Notes: generated by a model from the letters alone, not told the origin. 64,000 nucleotides of DNA from Felis catus (GCF_018350175.1 NC_058368.1:2604001-2668000), one strand, 5' to 3'; positions 38,020-50,484 are shown, numbered from the stretch's first letter. Numbers and translations are program-made.

Positions 38020-38265
38020 CTTTTTAAGAAATTTTTTCATGTTTATTTATTTTTGAGAGAAAATTCATTTTTGACAGAGTGTGAGTGGAGGAGGGGCAGA
38101 AAGAGAGGGAGACAGAGAGTCTGAAGCAGGTTCCAGAGTCTGAAGCAGGTTCCAGACTCTGAGCGGTCAGCACAGAGCCTGTTGCGGGGCTCGAACTCAT
38201 GAACTGTGAGATCATGACCTGAGCCAGAGTTGGATGCTTAACCAACTGAGCCACCTAGGTGCCTC
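38020..38265 (-). mobile_element. Felid Can-SINE with an internal 19-bp tandem duplication
   Basis: SINE body. agagtctgaagcaggttcc occurs at 38116-38134 and 38135-38153. Confidence 0.93.
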
Positions 38266-38844
38266 AGAATGCATACATTGGGTTCTTAAGGGTAACTGTC
38301 ACATTTTTGGGTTTTTTGTTTTGTTTTGATTTGTTTTTTAGTACTAAGATTATTTGTCACAGCCTACATTCAAACCTGGGCCTTCTGTACTGGTTTTGAA
38401 TAATCAATGGCTGGAGGAAACCAAGAAATAGTGGTTTCTGGACAGCGACGACATCTTTGGTTTATTTGGTGGCATTGGTCTCACCGTCTGTTGGACTGTG
38501 ACCTGTTTTTTTTTTTTAAACCTAATATTCTAGAGTATTTTGGTGCCCTGAAGTTGAGTGAAATTGTGGAAGGGACTTCATCTTACTTTGCCAATCCTGC
38601 CCTGGATATTGTAGCTCTTGTACATTTAATTTACTCTCCCAGAGATGAAGCTTTTTAGTCTGTCCCCCCTATCTTCCCCTCCTAAAGCAAGTTACCTTCA
38701 AAGGGGGCTTAGCTCTCAGGTGACAGAGTTCGTTGAGACCTTTCCAGTGCTTCCCAGCACAAATGATCTCTCTCCCATTTCCACTATCTGTTCAGATTGC
38801 TCATTTGCACCTAAGGCACCCTGCCTTGTGATAGTGTAAATGAT

Positions 38845-39100
38845 TTCATTCAGCAAATATTAATTGGGCGTGTGCTAAATGCCGGGCACGGTAGGGCGGT
38901 ACATTGGCTCTGGGGTTAGTGGGCTGAACAAAGCAGAGTTCTCGTCGGTGGGAAAGGCAGACACGGAACATACAGTTCCAACTGCGGCAGCTGTCGGGAT
39001 GGGAGGACAGGGTGCTGGAGGGACCTGCACAGGCCTCACTGGGGGAGATTGCCCAGGAAGAGACTATCCTCTGAGACCTAAGAAACCCTCTGGGTGGGAG
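38845..39100 (-). mobile_element. L2 3' end fragment
   Basis: ttcattcagcaaatattaattgggcgtgtgctaaatgccgggcac. Confidence 0.6.
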
Positions 39101-39774
39101 AAGGCTGAAACGCAGTAGTGGTTTGGAGACTCTGGGATGGAGAGAGCAAGATGTCGCTGTGTAACTGGGAGAAAACAAAGACAGCTGGAGCAGAGAGAGG
39201 AGACGGGAGGGAGCCCCAAATGCATCTGAAGAGCTGGGTGGGCCCCAGGCGTGTGCTGGGGTTGTGCACTAGACAGTCGGCTCTTGTGAGGAGCAGCGTT
39301 CAGTACCTGCTTGTAAACAAGTGAGCTTTATTCAGGAAGTTTCCCCAATAGCTCATGGAATGGTTAGCTTCCAAAGACGTTTCCAATCCAGGCACCAGAA
39401 AATTCGACCTGAATTTTGTGAACCATTGTAATCCCAATCAGACAGTTCCTGGTTGAAGACAGTTGAGTGTAGAGGCTCAAAGTCTCAAGGGTTGAAAAGA
39501 GAACCTCAGGGGTTGGCACTCTGTCCACTTGATTGTAGCATGGCAGTCAGCATTCTGGGGTGGGGGGGAGTGGCTTTCACAGGAAATCGTCAATGAAGGC
39601 AAATTTAGGGAAAACTGTTGATCAATAGAAAGTCATGGAAATGTTCTTGAGCCCCTCACCTTTATTCTCCAATGTTTTTCATGTGCCAAGCCAACCCCGA
39701 AGTCCAGTATCTTATAAATTGTTAGAAGAGAAAGCCACACATCAGAGAGAACCTTATGGAATAGGTGATTCATT

Positions 39775-39901
39775 CTATCATCTATCTATCTATCTATCTA
39801 TCTATCTAATCTATCTGTTATCTGTCATTCTATCATCTATATATCAATCAATCTACTATGTATCTAGGTATCTATCTATCTTCTGATCTATCATCATCTA
39901 T
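39775..39901. repeat. Degenerate (TCTA)n/(GATA)n microsatellite
   Basis: tctatcatctatctatctatctatctatctatctaatctatc... Confidence 0.9.
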
Positions 39902-40229
39902 GAAATAGGATCAAAAGACCAGTATGGAACAACTAATAAAAGTCTAGGGAATTTTAAGTACAGCTACTAAAAGTCTAGGAAAATTGTCTTCTGAAAAGAA
40001 AATTATTAAGAGACAAAGTTAATCAAGTTAATCTGCAAATCTGCTTAAAGATTTCCCTTTACATTTAATCCAGATTTGCTGATCCCAACAGGAAATGGGC
40101 AGAGAACCATGTAAGGACAGATTTCCCCACAATCATCCACATTTTGTTTAGATTCACATTCTGCATGGCATATTGGGTTTATATATATTCTATTAGTCAA
40201 AACAATGAAAATTTCTGTATTCAATGAAA

Positions 40230-41230
40230 TTTGATTATAAAATATTTGAGACATACAAAGAGGTGCAGGAACATGCAGAAGCATAACATTTGGCCATATC
40301 TTTTTCAAAGGAAATAAAAATAGAGATACAGTTGAATGCTCACCAGTCCTGGCTCATCCCTCTGCCAGTCTAATTTCTCACCTGTTCCTACAGAGATAAT
40401 TACTATCCAGAAGTAGGTCTCTATTATTTACATCTGTGTTTCAATACCTTCACTAGAAAGCAAATACCACATTCTTCTTTGCGTCTCCACTATGTAAGTA
40501 TGTATACAATTAAAATAATATATATGGTATTATTTTGAGTATTTAAAAACTTACACAAATAGCATCCTACTGTACAGTTTTTACATTTTTGTTCTATTTT
40601 TGTGTCTCATTATGTTTTTGGGACCTAGCCATGTAGATACATGTAGATCTAGTTAATTCATTTTAAGTGTTCTTCATTATGCCATTGTAAGAACATGCCA
40701 GAATTTATCCGCTCCCAATTGATTTTCAAATGTGTCAAGCGATGCTTAAGTTGTTTCTAATATTTTCCTTAGTAAAATAGTGCAAAGAACACTCTTACCC
40801 ATGTCTCCTTGTGCACCTGTCTGGAACTTCCTTGGGGTCACACCTAGAAGTGGAATCGTGAGGTCTTAGGTAACATTGCCTTTAGCTCTAGTAGGTTTTG
40901 CCAAATTGTTGTCAAATGTGGTTATACCAACTGGTGCTCCCATCATCCTATAAATGGGGTGCAAAGTTTTCACTTCTCCACATTCTAGCCCTCATTTGGT
41001 ATTTCCAGACTTTAGATATTTGCTTATCTTCTGAGTGCGAAATTGTGTTTTGCTTCATTTTTCATTTTTCTGATTACTACTGAGGTGGAGCCCCTTTTCA
41101 TACACTTTTCGACAGTTTACATTTCCTCTTCTGTGCATCGCCTGTTGACATCTTTTGCCTATTTGTATTTTCTCTTTTGACTTCTCCTTATTGGCTCATG
41201 GGGGATATTTATATATTCTAGATACCAAGT
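40230..41230 (-). mobile_element. Ancient L1 3' fragment (L1ME-like)
   Basis: catgtagatacatgtagatctagttaattcatttt...cacacctagaagtggaatcg...ttctgattactactgaggtggagc is an antisense ORF2 end and 3' UTR. Confidence 0.7.
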
Positions 41231-41240
41231 GTGATTTTCT

Positions 41241-41451
41241 TTCTTTTTTTTTTTTTTTTAATGTTTATTTATTTTTGAGAGAGAGCGTGATCAGGGGAGA
41301 GGCAGAGAGAGAGGGAGACACAGAATCCGAAGCAGGCTCCAGGCTCCGAGCTGTCAGCACAGAGCCCAATGTGGGGCTCGAACCCACAAACCTGAGATCA
41401 TGACCTGAGCCGAAGTCAGTTGCTTAACCGACTGAGCCACCCAGGTGCCCC
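41241..41451 (-). mobile_element. Felid Can-SINE
   Basis: Full body. TSD-like agtgtgattttct (41228-41240) / agtgtggttttct (41457-41469). Confidence 0.95.
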
Positions 41452-41487
41452 ATGTGAGTGTGGTTTTCTCACAGAGGACAAAGAAAG

Positions 41488-41625
41488 CAGAGTATGTGGA
41501 GAGAAGCCTTTTGGCTCATCAGGAGACCTGAGTTTTTGTTCCGGTTTTGCTACCAACTTGCTATTTGACCTTGGGCAGGTCATTTAATTTTCCTGGACCT
41601 TAGGATCCTTAGCTTTAAAGGGGTA
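41488..41625 (+). mobile_element. MIR fragment
   Basis: caggagacctgagttt...tgctaccaacttgctatttgaccttgggcaggtcatttaat. Confidence 0.75.
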
Positions 41626-41730
41626 TATTTTGATGCCAGAATAATAAAATGTCTTTTAGATATATAATCTTATTAAAGTTAAACAAAATTAATTGGAGAG
41701 AAAGTTCCATTGAAATTTGGGAAAAGTCTA

Positions 41731-42420
41731 TTCCATTGTGTATATAAACCACAGTTTCTTTATCCATTCATCAGTTGATGGACATTTAGGCTCTTTCCGT
41801 ACTTTGGCTATTGTTGAAAGTGCTGCTATAAACATTGGGGTACAAGTGCCCCTATGCATCAGCACTCCTGTATCCCCTGGGTCAATTCCTAGCAGTGCTA
41901 TTGCTGGGTCATAGGGTAGATCTATTTTTAATTTTTTGAGGAACCTCCATACTGTCTTCCAGAGTGGCTGCATCAGTTCGCACTCCCACCAACAGTGCAA
42001 GAGGGTTCCCGTTTCCTCACATCCTCGCCAGCATCTGTAGTCTCCTGTGTTGTTCATTTTAGTTTAGCCACTCTGATCAGCGTGAGGTGGTATCTCAGTG
42101 TGGTTTTGATTGGTATTTCCCTGATGAGGAGTGACGTTGAGCATTGTTTCATGTGCCTGTTGGCCATCTGGATGTCTTCTTTGGAAACGTGTCTATTCAT
42201 GTCTTCTGCCCATTTCTTCGCTGGATTATTTGTTTTTTCAGATGTGGGGTGGGAGGGCGGGGAGGGTGGGTGATGGGCATTGAGGAGGGCACCTGTTGGG
42301 ATGAGCACTGGGTGTTGTATGGAAACCAATTTGACAATAAATTTCATATTAAAAAAATAAAAAAAAAGAAATGGTCAAAAAAATAAAAACCTTTATTATT
42401 TGTAAGAAAAAAATAAAATA
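41731..42420 (+). mobile_element. Felid LINE-1 with 5' inversion (41731-42240 antisense, 42241-42367 sense) and an extra 3' segment
   Basis: Minus-strand ORFs 41728-42057 and 42054-42347 encode the ORF2 C-terminus. A plus-strand 3' UTR and A tail follow. Degenerate TSD gaaatttgggaaaagtcta (41712-41730) / gacattagggagaagtcta (42421-42439). Confidence 0.9.
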
Positions 42421-43998
42421 GACATTAGGGAGAAGTCTAAATGTCAGAGTATCTTAGAAGCAGACTGGACTCTTGCTGCTTTAAGAACATAGATAATTAG
42501 GATTATGTGAACAGAGTTGGTTGCTACTGGAATAACAGTTAACCGTTTTCAAAAATGCTTCCTGGATACAATTTGTTTCGTACATTTGGCTTGTAGGATC
42601 TCGTTTTAGTAGTCCAACAGGATTTCTTAATTTCTTGTTTTAGTATCAAGCATGACTTTACATTTGAAGTTGGGGGGTGGGGTGGTCAGGGGCAGACTCT
42701 ACCTCTGTTTGCTCGGCCTGAAATCTGGCTCCTTTTATATTTTCTAGACGGGATGAATGGATCGCGATGATCAACAAAACCACTTGCTACTTTTGTTCTC
42801 GTTGCCCCAGCAAGTAACTAGAGACACGCACTCAAACTTTTCAGTGAGAATATCCCTCCTATCTCGAGGCTGTGGCCTCAGCTTCGTTTTAGGAAAATGA
42901 ATTTGGTTTTATTTCATCTCATCAGGGCTGCTCTGGTCTTTGAACTGGAATGGAAGCCGGCTGTCACCTTGAGCCTCAACTCCCTTGTTTATGCAGCTCT
43001 GTCAGAACTTTCCACCAGGACTCAGGTTTGTGAAACGGTGCCCAATCTTCTGTTCCTCTGTGCTGGGACTTAGCGTTGTCCCTTGGGGGTCCTTCCGCTA
43101 ATAAGTTCTATTGTCCCTTCACAAGGTATTGGAGGGGAGTGGATGACAGAGCCTCAGCTCATTCCTTCAGTTATGTCTTCTTCATCTAAATGCTTTATGA
43201 CCACCTTGCTTAGTTCTGCCTTGTCTGTGCAGAGTCGTGCCTGGTTGTCCAGAAATAGCCATTCCCTGATGCCTGATGCAGTTCCCCAGACAGGGTGGGA
43301 GGTTTCCTTCTCCACTGTTATGTGAGAAAAGTAATTTTTTTCCCCAGGAAAGAGGAAAAGTTGCTTGTTTTCTTCCCCACTTCTAGATTCTCTTTCCTTT
43401 GGACTTTAACCATGGAAGGAAGACTCTGCCGGGAGAACTGAGGGAATGTGCTGTAGGTGTTAGGAGGGGGGCACCTTGGGCTGTTTCTTTCCCAACAGCC
43501 GGTACTGGGGTAGTTGGAGTCAGGGACAAACCACGGTCAGAAATGCCCAAACAAAGTGGCAAATTGAAGGTGCTGCCAGGATGCTGAATCGAGATCCCTA
43601 CTTAGGAGATCGAGAGATGGAGATTTTATTCTGAGGTCAAGTCAGGGTAGCGGTTAGAAAACGGAAGCAGAGGAAGCCCTCTGCTCAGTCTCCCAGGCCA
43701 GAATGGGGCAGAGTAGGGACCCGGGACCCCGAGTTCCTGGCTGCACCTGCTGTGACGCACAGAGGCCTTTTGCGATGTCACCCTCTTTGGGAGTCCTGAG
43801 TCATGGTTTCTTAGCAATGGCCAACTCTACCTACACATGGCTAAGAGCATGTTTTTACAGTTTCTCTTTTTTTTGTCTCCTTTCCAGACCCCATCCCTGG
43901 CCATCCAGTCATGGTAGGGAGGGCAGGTATGTACATTGTTAAAGAAAACATGTTGCTTTGCGTTTTTAAAGAAGAGACACATTAAAAAATCATACTCA

Positions 43999-44168
43999 GG
44001 GCGCCTGGGGGGCTCAGTCAGTTAAGCGTCTGACTTTGGCTCAGGTCATGATCTTGCAGTTTGCGGGTTCGAGCCCCGCATCGGGCTCTGTGCTGACAGC
44101 TCGGAGCCTGGAGCCTGCTTCGGATTCTGTGTCTCCCTCTCTCTCTGCTCCTCCCCTGCTCATGCTCT

Positions 44169-44207
<39 letters not shown>

Positions 44208-44216
44208 AACAAACTA
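43999..44216 (+). mobile_element. Felid Can-SINE
   Basis: Perfect 15-bp TSD aaaaaatcatactca at 43984-43998 and 44217-44231. CpGs are intact. Confidence 0.96.
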
Positions 44217-45289
44217 AAAAAATCATACTCAAGTGTGGCTACATTATAATTCCAAGCACATTTCAGAAAGCCGTCTCTATAGAGAATATTTTCCCACAAA
44301 CATGATCATTGCTAATAAGAATATTTGACATTGGTTAGAAATACCAGGAGCTCTGGCTTTAAGGGGCAATTTCTAAGGTTTATGAAAAGTTAAACTGAGT
44401 GGGGGAAATGACCGTGGGGTTTCATGCTGATCATTGGTTTCATGTAATTTTATGGCTTTCCTCTGGTATATTCAAGCTGTTAGTACAAATGGGCTGGCTG
44501 GGATGCGGGAACTCAGAGGGGCAAACTGAGCCCTTTCCTCTGTCACGTTGTAAGCAGCTAGCCGGCTTCTTGCCGGAGAGAGGACGAGGACTGGAGAGAA
44601 ACAGCAAACACCCGCAGGTGTCCTCACAGCTGGCCAGGGTCTGGCGAGGGCGCTTGGACTGGAAGAGAGGCTGGTTCACGTGGGCTGGTTCCGTCCAAGG
44701 TCCGGGCAGGGCCCCAGTAGAATGGGCCTGGCTCTCAGCGGTCCACGTGATTCCCTTCTCCTCTCCGCCCTGCCCGTCCTCTTCCTCCGTGACTTCACTT
44801 CCTCTCCGAAAACTCTCCTGCCTCACCTCCACTCCCCCTGTGCTGTGCCAGGCTGCCTGCTGCAGCGGCTTCGGTGATCTCAGAGACAGAGCAGACGAAG
44901 CAGAAGTCTTGATTTCCCTTCATTGCCCTTGAAGGCCACTCCTTCTCATCTCGCAATGTCACTTGGCAACTCCAGGCTCACCTGTCACTTACATCTCTCA
45001 TTGATGGTGTCCCTGGAGTACCTCCCCCCCATTAGTGACTGTCACCTGGATCACAGCAGTGTTTTCCTGGCCAGTCTCTGTGATTCCTGGCCTCCCCTCT
45101 CTCCAGCCCATGTACTACTGCCTGCCCAATCGCCCTTCACTTACCTTTGACCTTGGAATTCCTTTGATCCAGAAATCTCCCAACTGCCCAGTGAGTAAAG
45201 TCCAATCATCCTAACATGCACCCTCTTAGAGTTTTGTGAGGGGCCCCGGTCACTCTTCCAGCCTGGATCTCTCGCCAACTGCTCTGCTC

Positions 45290-45660
45290 TAGGCCCTTCA
45301 GGCCTCCAGAGCTCTGTCCACACCGTACCCTTCCCCAGAGGGCCCTTTCTCCTCGACTCGATTCTTCTGTTGAGACACTACTCATCCTCTAGGGCCCAGA
45401 TAAAGGAACACTCCTCCATAGAAGTTGCATTTGCCATCCTGAAACTCTGAAAATGACCTCACGCCTTCTGTTTTCTATAACACTTCATCGTCCTCTGACC
45501 AACTTCATCATGTGTGTTCTGTGGGATCGTGTCTGGTTTGCCCCCCTAGATTGTAATTTCCTGAGGCCGCACAAAGTACTTTAGTCAATGTGATTTCAAC
45601 CACACCTCATTGCCCACGTGAAGGCAATCATAGTTTCGTTTGATTGATTGATTGATTGGT
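45290..45660 (+). mobile_element. L2 3' fragment
   Basis: ctactcatcctctagggcccag...ctagattgtaatttcctgagg with a (ttga)n end. Confidence 0.6.
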
Positions 45661-46104
45661 TTTCCACGTTTTTATTTCATATCAATCACGTCTTTAAGGG
45701 CTCGAAGGCCAGAGCGAACGAATTAATGAAGTTAAGTTCCAGCGTGTACCTCCAAAAAATAATTTTTGTGAACATTACCATATAGATACATTCCGTTTAA
45801 ACACAACAAGGATACTTGTACCCTTTGATATTTACGTTCTGCCATTTAAACAATTTCATTTATAAGGAAAACACAGAGAAAAAGGATTACTTTTTCACTT
45901 ATTATTAGCTACACTTAGGAGACGCTGGGCATTTGGGATGAGAAGACTGTTCTTACTCAAAACGTTTTTATAAACGCCTCCAGTGCCAGGTTATGAATCA
46001 CGCAAGAGAGTTTACTTACTTTATAACTACATCTCATTTTTAACAATGAAAACAGCGCTGTCCATCTCGACGGCACTCTCCTTACAGTTGCATAACCTGA
46101 ATGA

Positions 46105-47020
46105 CTTTTGCGGCCGTCGAAGGGGCAGAATTATGTGCCGCGGGTTCTGCAGGCGGGGCCCGGGGGGAGCGGGGTGCGGGTGGGGGCGATGGCCGCGTGG
46201 TGGGAATAGCAAAGTGCGGCCGCCTTGGGGAGCGGCCGGGAGGGCCCCGGTCCTGAAGAGCAGTCCCCCGGCTCGGGCTCACGTGGCCTACCGTGGAGCA
46301 GCCAGCGTGGCCCGGGTTCGTGAGGATCCAGCCGGTTCCATTTTCTACTTATCAGCGAGGATGGTCCTGCAGGGGAAAAGCCAACAGGAGCTTGACTCTC
46401 ACCAGAGGGAGAATAAACATGTCAGGGGAGGCCAGCTTCCTCTGCAGGAATAAACAAACCCCCATCTCAGCCGCCTGCCACAGGGTTTATTTCTAGCCGG
46501 TGTTGAGGCTGCTGTTTAGGGGCAGCTGTCCCCTGCGTGGGACGCTGGCGCAGGCTGTTCTGATCTTGATCTTTCGGCTTGTCTGCCTCTCTGTAAAGTG
46601 GGCGGTGAGCATTATACTCCCCCCAAGGGTTGTTCTCCGGATGCAGTGGGGTGAGGCGCTCCGGCACTCAGAAAGCCCCTGACACGGTGCGCGGGTCTCA
46701 ATATCGCACGGGCAAGTGTGCAAGCCACAGACTGCACCAGACTTTGGCCTTGATTCCGCGCAGAAGGGAAACCCTGGCCCCAAGAGTACTTCGGAGACTC
46801 TGCTAAAAACTTCGCTTCGGAGGACAGACCTCCACCTTCCCTTCCGTTTGCTAACCTCAGAGGCCGCTCGCAATCCCATCCCACGTGACGAACGTGAGTC
46901 GTGCAGCCGGAACTTGCACGGGGACACGCCGCGTGTGAGCGACCCGTCACCCCCGCCCACGTCGGCCTTTGGCTCCTCGGCTGGCCGCGGGCCGTTACTG
47001 CTTCCTCCGCTCGGTCCTGT
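46105..47020. promoter_or_regulatory. CpG-island-like GC-rich segment, overlapping a MIR relic at about 46545-46705
   Basis: About 24 CpGs in 46110-46320 by hand count. GC boxes and CACGTG at about 46280 and 46882. Confidence 0.55.
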
Positions 47021-48429
47021 TTCCTGACACTGTTTTCTGTCCCTGTCACTCTGTCTGTGGTGGACCCAACGAGCTAGAAGGCACGGGTCCTGCTCTCAAG
47101 GAGCTTACCAAATGGTTGCAGCAGAACGTAGCCCTGCCGACTCCATTTTTAGAACCTTTTGTTTCAATGGAATGAGAAAAAGTAAAAATAGCCCCAGCGG
47201 GCCTTTCAAAGGTGTCTTAAATGAGTCTTCACTCATTTTTCTTCTGCTGCTGTGAATATCTTTAGCTCCTATAGAAGGACAAAGAGGAGAAAACAAAATT
47301 CCTGGCAGCCGTGAATTCTATTTATACCCCGTGGCACATTATATTTCTATAGAAATAGCTCGAGAGGCTGGAAGAGCCTGTTTCATGGAAACCCAACGCT
47401 TTTTTGTGGTTATTGACTGTCTTTCCGCACATTCCAACGTCAGTTAGAGAGTGTGGAAGGAGGGACGTGTGCACTTAAAGTGCATCCTCCAGGAGCAGGT
47501 GCTCAGCCCCTACATCAAATACCAGACACAGATCCTGCCAACCTGGCCCCTCTCCCGCTGTCATGTTCTCAGATAAATGACAGGGCTCAGGCCTCTGACA
47601 GATAACGCGCCTGGGAAGCCCAGGAAGCTGGAGATACGGCGTGTCTGTTGATAGGGCTCTGAGAAATGACATTGGCGTCGGCCACGACAAACGGGGTGTG
47701 GGAGCCCCTCTTACAGCTGTGCCCACTTCTGGCCGTGTGAGCCCGACAGGATTTGAAAGCTTAGGGCTCTGCTGTCTCGTGAACGCCTGCCCCCCTCCCG
47801 CCCCGTTTGTTCGATGATCTCGCTGCGGGACAACAAAATGTGAAATACCCACTGACCACATTGAGGAAACACTTTTCTAATTAGGGTGGTAGCGAGAGTT
47901 CCTGTTGGGCGGGGGAGGGGAATCGGGGCTACAAGACCCATCTGTTGTTGTTCGGACCTCGCTTGGAGGGAGTCGTAGAACGCAAGCTGTGCAGACAGCC
48001 ACTCCAGGCGGCCGCTCCTGTGGGCAGTTAGAGTTCTGTGTCCGCGGTAGTTTCCACGGAGCTGTGTGCTCTTCAGGGCGCGTGCAGAGGGCGGGGTGTT
48101 GAACCGCACGGTCTTCTCTCTCCTGCACACCGAAGCAGGACGGACTGGGACGCTGGGGTGCAGCCCCTCTTGGTCCACACTCTAGTTGTTAGTTGTGGGC
48201 ACCGTCCCGGGACGTTCTTCCCGAATACCTGCCTGTGTGGACCGGGAGGGGGCATCCTGCCAGGGGCTGGAGGGCGTCTTCAGATCCTTCTCCCGCCGTG
48301 CCTCTGTATGTAGAACCACCCATTCCTTGCAGGAGCCACTGTTCTTGGACGCTTACCCTGTGCCAGGGGCTCATTACTTCCCATTTTATTCCTGTTACAG
48401 TACAGACGTAGGATAGGGGCCAACGCTGA

Positions 48430-48880
48430 GGGATACCAGTCCTGGCCAGCACTTTGGATTATTTCACTCTATGCTCGGAGTAACCGTAAGAAGCAAGTAT
48501 AGGGGCATCTGGGTGGCTCAGCTGGTTAAGCGTCTGATGCTTGACCCTGGCTCAGGTCACGATCTTGCGGTCATGGGATTGAGTCCCACGTCGGGCTCCG
48601 CACTGAGAGTGGAGCCTGTTTGGGATTCTCTCTCTCTCTCTCTCTCTCCCTCTCTCCCACTCATGCTCTCTCTCTCTCAAAATAAATAAGCAAACTTTCT
48701 TTTTAATAAAAGAAGCAAGTATAATAGCATTATTACACCATCTTACTGTTGAACCAACTGAGGCTCAGTGAGATTAAGCAACTTGACCAAAGGCACCTGG
48801 CTAGTAAATTAGAAAACTGGGATTTGAATCTCAGCTGGAGGGGCCCCAAGTCCCAGGCTCCACCCACCGCTCCCCACCGT
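48430..48880 (-). mobile_element. MIR interrupted by a Can-SINE
   Basis: attattacaccatcttac...aactgaggctcagtgagattaagcaacttgaccaaagg...ctgggatttgaatctcag. Confidence 0.7.
48502..48709 (+). mobile_element. Can-SINE (older type)
   Basis: Perfect 14-bp TSD aagaagcaagtata at 48488-48501 and 48710-48723. Confidence 0.95.
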
Positions 48881-49949
48881 GCAGAAAACAGTAAGCTCCT
48901 CTCTGACACAGATGGTCGTTTCCTGGTTCCCTCCTGGAGTGCAGAGAGGCTACTGGAGGTGTTCTAGGAACAAGTCACAGTTCGGTACTGGATGCAAGTT
49001 TTGGGGACTTTTCTGCACCTTCACTTACCTCGCTTAACATGCTTTATGCCATTGACCACTTTCTTTTCATACAAAAGAATGATTTATTTTCAATGCGTAC
49101 AGCAATTTATTCAAAATATAATTGTCCCAATTAAGCCAAGAAATACATATACTTAACAGATATGGCATGTTATCAAATATTTCGCAATTCTTATCAACAT
49201 GTTTATAATTTACACGATAGAAATTTCTTACCTTCTTTATGATAAAAATACTCGGGCCAAGTATTACATTTACTTACACTTAACATATTAAAAGCCCCCG
49301 GAAACTTGAACGGACGTAGTGAATGTGCGTATCCCTTCTTTTTTTTTCTCTTGATGACACTGGGTTTAATCGTCGCTGAAATTAATTTGGTAGCTATCAA
49401 CCTGCCTTGAATGTCCCAAATCCCTTGTTCCATTGCCTTGTCCCACAGCTGTGAGTCTCGGGTAGAGGTGAGGGCGGGAGAGCAGGGAGACAGGTGACCT
49501 GTCGTCTCTGGGGTGCCTCTTGCTTCCTGAAATGCACCCTTTCCTAGCCAACGTAAAGAGGAGGTCCCGATGTTCAGAGGCTGCACCCATGATCCCACAT
49601 TCTCCTTCCCGCCCTCTCTTTTTATTTCTTCTCTGTCCCATCCTCTGACCCTCCACCAGGAGTAGCTCCTGTGCAGGGGTGTGTAAACATCCAGGCACAG
49701 GACCACCGTGTGTGCGTGCGCAGGATGCGTCCTTATGGAGAAGTCTGGGGGCCAAACCCCCATGAGGGTGGACGCCCTTCTCTTTGCCCTACCATACACC
49801 TTGGCCTCATCAGGGAGGAGAGCCCAGCAAGAGACCTTTACTTACGGGCTAGAAAACTAGTGATCCAACCCAGCATCTCCGTTTCAGATTGCTGTGAGTG
49901 ATCAGGGTTCTTTCAATACCTTGTTTAGCATAAGGAATATAGCCAAGCA

Positions 49950-50065
49950 CCGTAATAGCATTGTAGGGTGACAGATGGTAATAGCTGTCGAATCACTGTG
50001 TCGTACCCCTGAAACGAATGCCACATTGGGTGTCAACTGTATTCCAATTGAAACAAAATAAAGCA
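49950..50065 (+). mobile_element. Short L1 3' terminal fragment
   Basis: ggtgacagatggtaa...gtcgaatcactgtgtcgtacccctgaaac...gtgtcaactgtattccaatt followed by an A-rich tail. Confidence 0.65.
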
Positions 50066-50484
50066 AAACAGAACAAAACCCCAAACCTCTTGATCCCCTC
50101 ACTGGCACATAGTAGGTGTTCAGAAGTGTTGAACGACCGTTCCACATTTCAAAGAAGAGTCTGTGGTTTAAAAACGAGTACCCTGTAGCTTAAATAAATT
50201 TTCTAAAGTTTCAACAGGCACACAAACCTTGTTTGAAGTGTGCAGGGCCAATATCTGCTTTGGCAGCTGCCGGCTCTGGGGCCCGGAGCCCTTTAGGTGG
50301 CACCGGGTTGGCCCAGTACATGGGACCCTGCTCCCCCAGCCCTTACCTCCTCCCTTGACAGTGACAAAGTGACACTTCTCCTCCCACCTATCTCTCCAAG
50401 CCCTACATGTTAGGTCCACCTCTCAGATGTGCCCATTCCTCTTTCTCAGTGTCTTACTTTTCTATTTAAAAAGCCCTTTTATTT

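Noticed and set aside
39936..39982. Direct repeat taaaagtctagg twice, as a possible TSD
   Set aside because: Only about 20 bp lies between the copies and there is no insertion signature, so it is likely a small local duplication.
43999..44080. tRNA-like A/B-box sequence at SINE heads as tRNA genes
   Set aside because: Each continues into a (CT)n tract and A tail with TSDs, so these are tRNA-derived SINEs.
45139..45190. Minus-strand perfect donor AAG/GTAAGT with a possible 39-nt exon (LGDFWIKGIPRSK); similar donors at about 10453 and 49023
   Set aside because: Acceptors are weak or absent and the peptides are unrecognised. Isolated donors are expected by chance.
44399..48452. Many overlapping 100-177 aa ORFs on both strands
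   Set aside because: Expected in GC-rich, stop-poor DNA, and none resembles a known protein.
49203..49799. Longest ORF in the window (198 aa, minus strand)
   Set aside because: No recognisable domain and no supporting splice context. Overlapping ORFs of similar quality occur in other frames.
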